Below are positions 51,865-64,000 of a stretch of 64,000 nucleotides of DNA, piece after piece. Location of the stretch: the NCBI RefSeq assembly GCF_001194135.2, contig NC_068988.1:3619245-3683244 (forward strand), in the 5' to 3' direction. Both the position numbers and the translations under genes were made by a program. This stretch comes from Octopus bimaculoides (taxonomy: Eukaryota). Under the pieces are notes generated by a model. The model was given only the letters and a program-made list of their open reading frames with translations, was not told the DNA's origin and made no database searches. The first letter of the stretch is position 1. Every line of letters begins with the position of its first letter.

Positions 51865-52464
51865 GTAAGTGAACTCCTTCAAACAGAATAAAATATTCTG
51901 TCCCAAAACACAATAAAGAATCATAAAAATTACTTCAAATCAAAAAAGCGACAACTACCTTGTGAACTCTGCTGGTAGGAAGTGTCTGTGTATTTCCTCT
52001 GAATTTCCCATAATCATGTTTTTAGCACAAATCCAGCAGCTTTGAGGGAGCTTTTGATGCCATTTAACTCCAATACTTGTTGATGTCTTAATCACAGAAG
52101 GATTAAAGGCAATATGTTAGTTGACCCCAGTCAGTTTTGAACTCAGGATGTACAGAGCTGGAAAGACATCCTACAAGGCATTCCATTCATGACATCCTAA
52201 TTATTTCATAACAAAAAGATGTGGGTGCCTCTATGTGGTTGTTCGCCTTGTTAGAAATAACAACCAAAACTTCTTCAAAGCACAACCATACACTCTTAAA
52301 AACAGATATATTGGATGAGCTGATGATCCCCAATGGACTTTATCTAAAAGCAAAAGAAAAAAAAAAGTTGACTCAGGATTCAACTAAATGACCATTTTAA
52401 AACCTTTTGTTGCTTCTTTATAATTTTACTGAATTAATTCTCTTTATCTAAATAATTTGAATAT

Positions 52465-52850
52465 ATACAGGTGTAGCTGTGTTGTTAAGAAATTTGCTTC
52501 ACAACTACATTGTCTACTGCTTAGTCCCACTGCACGGCACCTTGGGCAAGTATTTTCTACTATAGCCCCAGGACAACAAAAGTCATGCAACTGGCTTTGG
52601 TAAGAAGAAACTGAAAGAAGCCCGTCGTGTATATGTGTGTGCCTCCACATTCTGATAACAATGACAGTCATACAAGCAGTGCCATTCATTTCCAATGTTC
52701 TATGAAAATATGTCTGCTCATGAGAAATATTACCTTGCTTGAACAGAAGTGAGGGTTTCTGGTGACAGGAATGTTACCTGGCAGCACACCAATCTATCTT
52801 TTGACCCCTGCAAACATAGAAAAATGGAGGTCAAGGTAATGAGGATGATG
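52465..52850 (+). mobile_element. Composite SINE family B
   Basis: gtagctgtgttgttaag...agtcccactgcacggcaccttgggcaagt...aaactgaaagaagcccgtcg plus 3' tail. Confidence 0.65.
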
Positions 52851-53160
52851 GTTCTATGATAGTAATTACAAACAACTCAAATGATTCCATCATATATTTT
52901 GCAAAGAGCAAATATTTATTCATGAAAGAAGCAGGAAATCAAACTAAGGCATGTGCAAAAAGTTCTTTCAACATACATCATGTAATTTTTAGTTTTTAGT
53001 GACTGGAGAAAAATGAACAATTAAAGAGTGAAATTAATGGATCCGACGATAGTATTTGACCAACGTTGCTTTTGGGTAAACTGTCCAAATAAAGCATGCC
53101 ACTCTGCTCAGGACATTGATGTATTTAGCGGCTTCAGGAGAATTCAATGTTAGCCACCAT

Positions 53161-53223
<63 letters not shown>

Positions 53224-54114
53224 ATTGCCATCTTGGGGAATTACTCTTTAAATTCCTCAAAGTTCCTTCATTTTTGCAGGAACACAGAATGCTACAGTTA
53301 TTGCATGAAAAAAAGTTTGTCTAATTAGTTTTGAGCATAATTGACATATTCACAATACATTTAATCAGATTTAATCAGGTGCCTAATTCTTTAATTACAA
53401 GCAAAATACATGCATTTATTAGAAAATGACCAATATTTCAGCTTTTTTATATGCTTTAGTTTGTTTTTTCATTTCATTTTTCTACTGTATCTTTTTAATC
53501 ACTAAATATTCAATTATTGGAGGTCGTAGAGTTTGAAGCTTTAAATTGAGTCAAGGATTAGATGTGATCCAGTTGAGATTGAAATCTAAATGACAATTAA
53601 GATATTACACAATAATTGGCTATAATTAATCGATTTCTTCGAGTATCTGACCAATGGACTAGCTAAATACAGCATGAGCTCAGAAAAATAGAAGGCTTAC
53701 AAATCCATAATTAGTGCTTGTTGTTGATTAAATTTGATGTTGATTAAATTTGAACTTGACAAAAAAGAAAGAAAAATTGTCTTTGTTCTTTAAAGGAAGA
53801 ATCAAATACAATATTAAATAAAAATCGATTAGCAACAGTGAACATTCATCCACTCCAAATAATTTGGTAGAACCAAAATAAGGTTTCCTAGAAATCAGGG
53901 TTTTCATATCAGAAAGCCTTCATTTAACTTCATTAATCTAAATCTAAAGTCAGTTGATGACAACACCAGAATTTTTGGCTTAAAAGAAAATAATGAAGGT
54001 ACAGTCTTGACCTACAACATGATGGCTTACAGGTGAAAGGTTCCATACAAACTTGTCATCATTGTGTGAGAAACATATTTTTTATTATTCCTCTTCTTGT
54101 ATTTTTTCTCCAAC

Positions 54115-54183
54115 AGAAAAAAAAAACATGATTTTTCAATATTCTTCAACAGAGAACATTGAAAAGTCATGATTTGTTTTTCT
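54115..54183. other. AT-rich 69-nt hairpin
   Basis: catgatttttcaatattct / agaacattgaaaagtcatg pair around a 7-nt loop and are extended by A-run/T-run pairing. Confidence 0.4.
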
Positions 54184-54486
54184 TCTCATGCTATTCTTAT
54201 TTGAAGTTCATAAACTTTCCTTTTAATTACTTCTCTGAGAAGAGATTTGGATAAACATTAATCTGTTTTCAGATCTGAATGGTAACAAATGAGTATTCTC
54301 TTCTAAAGATACTTGGTCAGTTGAGTCAGCTTGAGTATCTTGTTTCACTGAATAATTTCCAAATTCCACTGCCCTAGATCTTGAATGGATGCTGACATAT
54401 TTTCAACAACATGAAGCATTGAATTTAGAAAGAATAGCATAACAATGAATTGTGGAGTTGAGAGTGAAGTTATGGACATGGTACAA

Positions 54487-54533
<47 letters not shown>

Positions 54534-56868
54534 TGAGAGCTAAAAGACAAAAAAGACAAATTCTCAGAAAGTAAGAAAACAAAATAGCTTCTGTCTAGTA
54601 GGAATGGTTAAAATTGCACCTAGCTTGGTATGATGGTTGCACGAATAACAGAAAGAAGGCATCGTACAGTGAGCTAACCAAACTCAGTCATTTCCTTGCA
54701 GTATCTTTGCTGCCCAGAACCTCTTGAAGGAGGCAAAGAGTTGGAAGTGATCAAAATATTTTAATTCCTCAGTCATCAGTTGGTCCTACAGTGCACACTG
54801 TATGTAAAATACAAAAGTTATCTCTGTACAATCAGGGACCACTTTTATGTAGGGTCGGCGTAAACCAGTGTTCTTTCCTCTACAGATGGTTGACTTTATT
54901 ACATTTTTGTTCTTTTGCCTTTTTTTGTTTTTCATAATTGAGAGTAAAAAATACACCAATTCACTAATTGAGAAAAAAATACTCATAAAAAGAAGCTTGT
55001 AAAAAGATACACCTGTAGAATAATTGTTTATCAATTAAGAAAAGCAGGTGAGATGTGTAGGAACATGTCTTATTACTTCACTGTAATCATATTGTAGTGA
55101 TTCTGCATTTAGCAATTTCAATCAATAATGCAATCATCATTATGTCCTGTCAGCATTGTTGTGTGAAATGGGTTAATTGTTACTTAAGTAAGGTATCAAT
55201 GTACTTTGCATTGTATTTATGAAAATATAATGACAATAAAACAGATATGAATAGAATTTATTAACTAGCAATTAGTAATAATATCTCAGATTTATAGAGC
55301 AGTAAAAATGTATGTTGTTACATTCCCACTTCACAACAAGTGATTTATGATGAAGGTAAAGTTATTGACTTAGAAATAATTCAATTTGGAATGTATATTC
55401 AGTGGTAGATTTGACAGAGTTTTACCTCAGGCACTTGGACTTTATGTCATGAACATAAGGTTCAATTCATGTGCACAAACCCAGTTTAGAATAGAAATGG
55501 GATTTTATTAAAATAAGTTGTTACTTTATCAATCTTTCAAAACAAATATCACACTGGCATTATTTTAAAGCATCAAATCAACAGATCAATACATTCCAGC
55601 CTTTGACATCTAAAATTGCTATGTCCTCTCTCAGCTTTTTCTATGGCTACTGCTGTGGTCTCTACTTCTCAGGGTAAGCTAATTTTAGACCACTTCTCTT
55701 CAGATCCTCTTGACTCACCCACCTCCCCACTTCTCTCAGACCCTGCACCAACCACTTTGCAAACTCCATCTTCCTCACAACATTATTCCTCCAGAATTCT
55801 TCCTCTGTTTATGTTATATCTGTAGCTATTGACTGTCCAAGAGGAGAGAATAACCACATCATTCTGATCTCAGAAGACCAGTAAATGACACGGCCAGAAC
55901 CTTTCAGACCAAACTAATATACATATTTTTTTTTCTTTATGTCACGAAATACTCAGTCTATCTTTCTTCCACCCTCACAAAGACCCTGAAAGATCAAGAT
56001 TTTAACCTAATTGAGTCATCTCAGTTTTAAGACAGTTACAATCATTCCTAGTCATACAGTCAAACAAAATCAAAGTTAATGATACTCAACTAGACCAAAA
56101 TTATAATCTTTTAATTACAACCCATAAGTATTTGATCTAACAGTTCCAGTCTTGAAATTGTTTGGAGCAAGGTTAAAACCATTCATTCATGTGCTTTTTT
56201 GTGTGTCATGTGACTTTTCTTTGAACACTAATCACCAGAGCTACATCATCTGATTGATATATAAACTATCCTAATTGGATCTAAAAATAAACCTAATTAA
56301 ATTTAATTAGTCTGAAGACATGATCCTTCAATAGGTTTACTCTGGGAATTAAAATCATGCATTCGTTAGTAGTGTAATTAATTACTTAATAATCTGTTAT
56401 ACACAAATGGCATGTATTAGAAAATATATGATAAATTTAATGGAGTTAGTCTAAAATAAATTCCCAAACTGTTCTCCAACACTTCATATTTTCATATAAT
56501 CTCTTACCTTTCTTTTTTCTACCTGTTGCATCCTAATTTCTATTTTCAAAGCAAAATCTTGATTAGATTAAAATAATAACAGCACATTTCTAAACTAATT
56601 AAAACCAATGAATGAGGATCATTATATATGATATTAAATATAACATCCCACAGGATATCACATATGATATCACACATGATGTAATATGAAAGCTACTAGC
56701 ATAAAGTTATAGGCTCCAGCAGAGGTTTTCTATGAAATGTATTACATTATGACATTTGCAGTCTACATAAACAATCAGGTGTGAGGTTACAGTGTAAGAT
56801 GACACTGTAATGTCACATGATACATTCATCAATTAAATTACTTTTATTCAGATTTATTAAACTTAAGT

Positions 56869-56952
56869 TTACAGTTCTGTATTTAAGAGATGAGGAATTA
56901 TGTACATTATTTACATTTGACGGATATTTGTCCTCATCTTGTTGTAATAATG

Positions 56953-57003
<51 letters not shown>

Positions 57004-57016
57004 TGGNNNNNNNNNN

Positions 57017-57052
<36 letters not shown>

Positions 57053-57190
57053 TGGAAAAATACCTTAGGAATGAGAACCCAGGTTCAAAATTTCCCCAAG
57101 ACACCTGATGAAGGCTGGAGAGTACATCAGCCGAAACGTGTTAACAACAAACAAGTTGAGGACAAATATCTGTCAAACATAAATAATGTA
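56869..57190 (+). mobile_element. Headless unit of the hammerhead/PLE-type element with inverted tailed arm
   Basis: 56869-56943 is the reverse-oriented 3' end plus tail. (aat)n with a 10-N gap follows, then the direct terminal repeat ending aaataatgta. Confidence 0.8.
57100..57142 (+). ncRNA. Hammerhead core, cleavage triplet deleted
   Basis: gacac CTGATGA a ggctg-gagagtacat-cagcc GAAAC gtgtt. Confidence 0.55.
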
Positions 57191-57223
57191 AATAATTGTT
57201 AAGTTTAATTAAACTTGTTAAGT

Positions 57224-57597
57224 TTACAGTTCTATATTTAGAACTGAGTGGTTGGCGTTAGGAAGGGTATCCAGCTGTAGAAACACTGCCAGATCAGACT
57301 GGAGCCTGGTGCAGCCTCCTGGCTTCCCAGACCCCAATCAAACCGTCCAACCCATGCCAGCATGAAAAACAGACGTTAAACATTGATGATGATGATTTAC
57401 ATTTGACGGATATTTGTCCTTATCTTATAATAATAATAATAACAACAATAACAATAACATGGAAAAATACCTTAAGAATGAGAACCCAGGTTCAAAATTT
57501 CCCCAAGACAATTGATGAAGGTTGGAGGGTATATCAGCCGAAACATTGTGTTAACAACAAACATGATGAGGACAAATATCCGTCAAATGTAAATAAT
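57224..57597 (+). mobile_element. Second tandem unit of the hammerhead/PLE-type element, inverted arm interrupted by a family C insertion
   Basis: ttacagttctatattta, [insertion], ttacatttgacggatatttgtcct, (aat)n, then the direct repeat with gacaa TTGATGA a ggttg...cagcc GAAAC ATT gtgtt (57507-57552). Confidence 0.75.
57245..57395 (+). mobile_element. Young family C tail insertion
   Basis: gagtggttggcgttaggaagggtatccagctgtagaaac...gacgttaaacattgatgatgatgat. Confidence 0.8.
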
Positions 57598-57958
57598 GGG
57601 CGCAGGAGTGGCTGTGTGGTAAGTAGCTTGCTTACCAACCACATGGTTCCAGGTTCATTCCCACTGCATGGTACTTTGGGCAAGGGTCTTCNNNNNNNNN
57701 NTATATATATATATATATATATGTACCTGTATGTATATTTTTATGTTTCTGTGTTTGTCCACCGAACATTGCTTGACAACCGATGCTGGTGTGTTTACAT
57801 CCCCGTAACTTAGTGGTTCGGCAAAAGAGACCGATAGAATAAGTACTGGGCTTCCAAAGAATAAGTCCTGGGGTCGATTTGCTCGACTAAAGGCGGTGCT
57901 CCAGCATGGCCGCAGTCAAATGAGTGAAACAAGTAAAAGATAAAATATAAAGATAAAA
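57598..57958 (+). mobile_element. Young composite SINE family B (N gap 57692-57701)
   Basis: ggcgcaggagtggctgtgtggtaagtagcttg head and CpG-rich 3' part ending gaaacaagtaaaaga; directly abuts the 3' end of the hammerhead element. Confidence 0.8.
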
Positions 57959-58559
57959 TTAAGTTTGCCTCAAAGTCTTGCAAAACCCAACACAAAAATA
58001 TAGAATTTGCTTTTGTTTTACTGTAAATAAAACTATGACATGGTAACTCCCATAAAACCACTTAAGACTTCCTGGAATGTCAGCTTAATTTCTAGAAACA
58101 GACAGAAACCTGAAAGACAAACATTTGAGAGAGTTTTGTTTAGAAGGTGTAATTTCTGCACTGACAACCTGTTTATTATAAATTAAATGTAATATCATTC
58201 ATCTTCATCTACTCCACAAACGCTTCTACAAACTGATATACACGTCTCACTTTTCTTCTCTTCTCACTTGATTAATTGCCTTTTCACTTGGTTCGTGACC
58301 TCGGGGAGTTTCTAGTTTTCTGAGGCTATAAAATTATGTAGTGTACTTACAATTTGTATTTATCCATATCACTAATATGACATAAATCTATTTTGGAGAT
58401 TCCCTTTAAAACAGCATAACCCACTTTTTACAGTCAGCAAATAAAAAAAAAAACAAATCATAGGTTTAGAAGAATTATCATTTGCGAAGGTTTGGTGAAC
58501 ATTCTAGCTGCAAGTACTTGATATTATAGGCTTTGCACTAATTTATATAAAACAACCAT

Positions 58560-59190
58560 CTTCACTCCTACATCTGTCTATCAGAACAGTTTCCAAGAAG
58601 GATTCTATTGGCTGGCTCGGTTATATATTTTCCCATTTATATAAAAAAATGTATAATTTCATCTCTAAAAGATAAACCTTCTCAAAGTTCACACTAACGA
58701 TGGTACCACAGATCTTTCTCTTCGAAATGGCTAAGGCAAAGGAAGTAAGACAGTGCCAATGACCTTTTCCAGGTCTCTTAGTTTGGGGAGAGAAAGGAAG
58801 GAGGTTATCTTCAGACCAGAAACCTCATCCAAACAGTATGAGTTCCACAAAAGAAAAACCATTCAGTGCACCACCTCCACCAAAACAACAGCCTTTATGA
58901 ATTGAGTGCAGCACTCAAACCATTAGGATGGCACATTAGGATGGCACAGCAGCAAGTTTGGTCCTTAAACAAAGCACTTCATATCACAATTGTTCCAGTC
59001 TACTCAGTTGGAAATCGGTACCAGTCAAGTGTCAGTGCAGTTCTCTCCTTGCAACTGTCACACCCTCCATATTCAACAGGGTAAAAGGTGGGAGGGTTAT
59101 CAGCCTCATCTTTCCATGTCTACATAGGCAACCTTAATACAAGTAGCAAAATCATGGTTTGGGCTGCCAGCCCATACTTGCTGGTGACTT
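58560..59190. mobile_element. Probable highly decayed LINE remnant
   Basis: Higher-GC, non-SSR segment; frameshifted minus-strand fragments (FALAISKRKI / WYHR) weakly like the L1/Tx1 C-terminus. Confidence 0.25.
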
Positions 59191-62100
59191 ATGACTAAAG
59201 TTTTATTATTTATTTATTTATTTATAGACAGATGAATGGCTGAGTGGTTGGCTGGCAGGAGAGATTGATGATAGTCAGAGAGATAAATAAATAGATATCC
59301 ATGAATACATACATGTGTGTGTGTGTTTCCATACATAAAGGGCAAATTGATAGAGGAAAAATGAGATGTAAAGTCAACTTTGACAGTATTTGATCTCAGA
59401 ACAGAAATTGATGTAATTAAATAACCACAGAATATTTTGTCACTGTTATGAATAACATAGTTAGAAGTGCTTCAACATCAAAATCAAATGTATCCCAGCA
59501 TTGTATAATGCTTTTCTAGTGTTTGTGCACAATAGAAACTACATGGTCAATTGAATGAACCCGTATTTCATAAAGGAATGGAACTACAGAAAATTTTACA
59601 AGTATTCACTTGTCAGATAAATTTGTTCATTTTTTTTTTCTTTTTTCTACTTGGCACTCCATTGTCGTTATGTCTGAAAAGAAGTAAAATTCATTAAAAT
59701 TTCAAAAATGATATACAAAAATTGTAGAAGAAGAATAGGGCTACAAAAAAAACCTATAAAACACTACAATACAAATATTTTTTATATAATTAAAACAACA
59801 TTGAAAAGGATTAAAATAAATGGGGGAGGGATGGACAAATTTCTCTGAGGACTTAATATTTTTTATTTATGTTCTGAGTTCAAATTCCACCAAGGTCAAT
59901 TTAGTCTTTCATCCCTTTGAGGGGGTGGGGTGGGGGTCAATAAAATAAATGTGTGAAAGCAACAAGGACGATGAGGACATCACTCCAACTAATACATAAT
60001 ATAAACCCCCTAATTCAGAAATATAGAATTGTATTACCTAACATTTTGTTAGTTATGGTATAAGACTGAAATGTTACTAAAGGAAGACTTGGCAGAAATA
60101 GGGGTACCTATTTCCTGATATGCCACTAATACACTAATTAATACATCAGTATCATGTGGTTAGCTTCTTCACAAACATCCCAATGAGTTCAGTAACTGAA
60201 TAAACCAAATAAACCAGTATATAGGCTGATATTTATGAAATGTATTTGATACATGCATAATGTATGCGTACATAATTCACCCATTTATATATGCATGCAT
60301 ACATTATTCATGTGTCCATGTAAGCCTTAGTATATATTGCATAAATGCATAAATATACTAATTTTTCTTGTACAACACACCAGTCTTAAAATAAGATATT
60401 GAATAATATAACTATCAAAACAGAATTTCATGGATGAATGTGCACAGACACATACAAAGCTATATACATCAGTCGAAAGCAAATATTTACATGGTGTCAT
60501 GAATGTGAGCATGTGTGTGAGTGTACATGTATGCACATAAGCTTAATGCAAGCATAAATAAACATACATATATGTGTGTATGTAGGAGTGTGTACATATA
60601 TCTGTATATGTCTGTATATTTGTATGTGTATATATAAATATATATGTGTGTAAGTGTATATCTGTGTACATTTATGTTCATGTGTATATGTATACATATA
60701 CCCATATATATACATATAGTTACATACATATACTTACATATATGTATGCAACTATTTATGCAAACACATGCATATGCACAGAGATGAAAAACTAAAAGAC
60801 AGCAGAAGAGAGACAGACAGACAGACAGAGAGTGAGAGAGGTGGAGTAGTGAAAAAGAGAGTTTGTGTGATATCTCAGATGCCAGAACACCAATAGAATT
60901 GCATTGAATTTCTACAGTTCTCTGAAAGTCTTTGAGTTGTCAAAGAAAGATCATATTTTCCCCGTAAGTTAAGGTGAAAAATATTTTAATGGTTAATATA
61001 CAGCTTCTTAGAAGCAGATAAAGGATTAAGCATCAACTTGCCATTTTCTACGCATCAATATCTCTCTATACATTTTATCCCTACTTTACTGAATTCATTG
61101 CCTATTGTATTGCGATGAGGGTATTTTCTGTAGTTTGTTCCCTATTATTTTCTGCCAATCTGATATCTGCACATGTACAATTCATTCAGCTACTTTTCCA
61201 TTCTATTATGCTTATTAAAAATAAAATAAAATATAAAAAAAGATACTAAGACGGTTTGGCATTACACATTTATTTATTTATTTGGTTTAGAAGCAAAATC
61301 TTTAATTTTTTTATTTAATTATTTTACATTACTTCATTTGCATTTGTTTTTGTATCTGTGTAATAAGTATGTCAGTGTATACATTTCTGTATGTATGTTT
61401 GTATGTCAGTCTCTGTATGTTTATATATTTGTAGGTATGTTTATAGATATGTAGGTATGCATCTATGTATATATATGTAGGTGTGTATGTACATATGTAT
61501 GTATATATGTCAATGTACGTTTCTAAAATGTGGAAGTTTGATTTCTTTTATAACGTCCTTTCTTTATATCTTTCTCTTCCTCTCCCTCTTTCTTTCTCCT
61601 GTTCTCCTTCTCTCTCTCTCTCTCTCTTTCTTTCTCCTGTTCTCTTTCTCTCTCTCTCCCTCACTGTCTTCTCCCAGTTCTTCTTTCTTGTCTATTGATC
61701 TCAGATAATTTTCACTTCTTTTGTTAGTTTATGAAAGCATGCATAATTGTATTTGTACATTGATACACATATAAACATGCACACACACCCATACTCTTGA
61801 CTGCATATACATACACGCACACATGCATAAATATATGTGCATAGATGCATGCGAGTATCTATAAACAGATATCACATGTACAAACACAGACATACATATT
61901 TCTATATATGAATAGATGTATACATATGAGAGTTAATGTACAGATACCACACACACACACACACAAAACAAGTGTGTGGGGTATGAGGGAGTGAGTACTT
62001 TAAATTATGCATATATATGCAAGCACCAATATATAAAGATATATGCAATTATACATATTGGAAACATATGTGTCTGCTAACATCTATTTATGAATATATA

Positions 62101-63600
62101 CTTTTTATATATATGAGTAAGTATACTTAAGTCCAACACACACACACAGGAGTTATATATTGTTTCTCCCCCACTTTTCTCATTTAATGTGATTTTCCTG
62201 TGGTTATCCTCACCACACACACTCTTCTCACTCCAAATCTCTCAATAAAAATTTGACTAAGAGAACTTTACCTCCTGCCAGTATGTCCTTCCATTTAGAG
62301 TAAAACTACAGCCTGTTTACAGCCATGAAACTGTTAAAAAATAACCGTTCTCTATTGTCTAGCAATATTATTCAAGTTAAATCTATATATAAAGGTTAGT
62401 GACAAGGCAAAGAACTCCAACTGCTATGGGCTAATTCTCTCTTTCTTGTCGCTGTTATTTAAATCCAAAGTGAAATAAACAAATATATATATAAAACGAC
62501 TAAATAACATAATTCTGTCTTTATTGATATGAAACGGGAGAATTTTACAAGCTCTCTTCTTGAATTGAATTGTTTTTTTTTTATTTTTTATTTTGTAATT
62601 ATGTTTAGGCCTTTCTCTATTGTGATAACAAGTAATTTTCTATTTCTATAAATTCTAATATATACACTCACTTCAAAAAAATTTGTCACTCTGGGAGTTA
62701 CAGTGGATTTCAATTTTTAGGTAGTGCGTAGAGTGTATACATAGATGTATATAGAGAGAGAGCCACTTGACAGTTTGGCCCACACACACACAGGTGCACC
62801 ACCACCCATATATATATGTGTATAAATATATATATAAATACATACACACGTGTGTGAAACAGACAGATAGATAGATTGATAGACAGACAGACAGATCCAC
62901 TATAATAGCATTTCTTTTCTATTATGGTAGGGTTGAATGGTTCCTCTGCCAAGAATTTAATGTTTTGCTGACATGCACAAATCTTGAAAGGTGAGACTGC
63001 TTGAAAGTTACATCAACATTATACAATACCCATATTATTATCATTATTACTACTATTTTATGTTTGACTTTTGCTTTGCATTTGTACAAGTTGGCTCCAA
63101 GTCTCACCCAGAGACCTCAAGAGACAACAAGTTCATGTTGGTGTTATGCCTAGGGTGCCATACATTTGGTTTTGTACATAGTGTTGTTCTAGAAAATGTT
63201 TAAGAAACCATAAGAAAATTATGAGTTTGTTTTAAAATTTGAGATTGCATAGAAAGTATTTTACGTAGGATATGGGCAGATCCCATGAATACTATCTTTT
63301 GAATTTCTGCCATTTTGGGGTTTCCTGGTATTTGAGTCAGGTAGCAATCAGCCCCTTTGCTATCATTCCTGTTGTAATTTAGTTACCTATAGTCCATAGA
63401 TAACTAAATTACAACAGGTGTATAGCCCATTTTTTGTATTATAGTGCATTGTTGTACCATTCAAAACTTTTTCTTTACATTATTATTATTGTTGTTGATG
63501 CTGTTGCTAGCTTGCAAAATTATTTGTACTGATATAGGGGATTACTGGAAATAAGCAAATGCTTTTGTACACTATTATGTCAAATGCAGTTACTGTGAAT

Positions 63601-64000
63601 AATGATTAAAGGAAAATCACAAATGTTATAGCTAAAATTAACAAGGAAGTCAAACTCCTACACATAATTTTAGCAACCAAAGTAAAATTTGTGATAGAAT
63701 TTCTCTTGGTGATTAACTGACACAGAAATTTCGCTGACATTTCAAAAGTGTTGCATGAAGGATACCAGCATGTTGCAGAAAAATATCCTTGTTTCAAACA
63801 AATATTCCCTCAACTGCCTATTGAAGCCTTTAGATGGAATAAAAATGTAAGACAAATATTAACTACTACCTCTAACTCCAAGAAAACTACCACTGCAGGT
63901 TCTTAGTGCTGCACCTTGAAAAACAACCGCAAGAGAGATAAGTCCTGTTCATTGTGCAACAACATGAGTCAAGTCAATCCCATCATGAATCATAACAGGA
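63601..64000 (+). mobile_element. Penelope-like element remnant: RT-to-GIY-YIG linker and Cys cluster, running off the window
   Basis: Single frame LVIN*HRNFADISKVLHEGYQHVAEKYPCFKQIFPQLPIEAFRWNKNVRQILT...GS*CCTLKNNRKRDKSCSLCNNM resembles the PLE linker LVxTYH...IF..P.xAFRRxKNLRxIL...C..C..C. Confidence 0.6.

Noticed and set aside
434-62952. Dozens of ORFs rich in YIYI, CVCV, HTHT or X
   Set aside because: They are translations of (TA)n, (TG)n, (CA)n microsatellites and N gaps, not genes.

Overview
AT-rich, microsatellite-dense eukaryotic DNA with five N-gaps. The SINE, LINE and DNA-transposon repertoire and the (TA)n/(CA)n load point to an octopus (coleoid cephalopod) genome; this is inference, with no marker gene in the window. 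No protein-coding gene can be identified with confidence. Most track ORFs are translated microsatellites or transposon debris, and only weak splice-signal exon candidates remain, so the window is probably intergenic or a large intron. Recognisable content: many tRNA-derived SINE copies; decayed transposons (DD37D maT, DD36E Tc1, a full-length DD34D mariner with TIRs and TA TSD, hAT Buster/Charlie-type, a possible piggyBac); RTE LINE 3' fragments; and a Penelope-like (PLE) linker/Cys fragment at the right edge. The most interesting signal is a non-autonomous element present as three units at two loci (25.6-26.0 kb; 56.9-57.6 kb). It carries a minimal type I hammerhead ribozyme and has PLE-style architecture: an inverted terminal copy at the 5' side bearing a ~33-nt tail. 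At one locus it is fused to a Pol III tRNA-like head, so it may be a Penelope-mobilised, ribozyme-bearing SINE. Also notable are a 137-bp inverted templated insertion (136/137 identical to a donor 9 kb away, 12-bp target duplication, junction microhomologies) and a ~580-bp foldback. All repeat family names come from motif recognition, not database searches.
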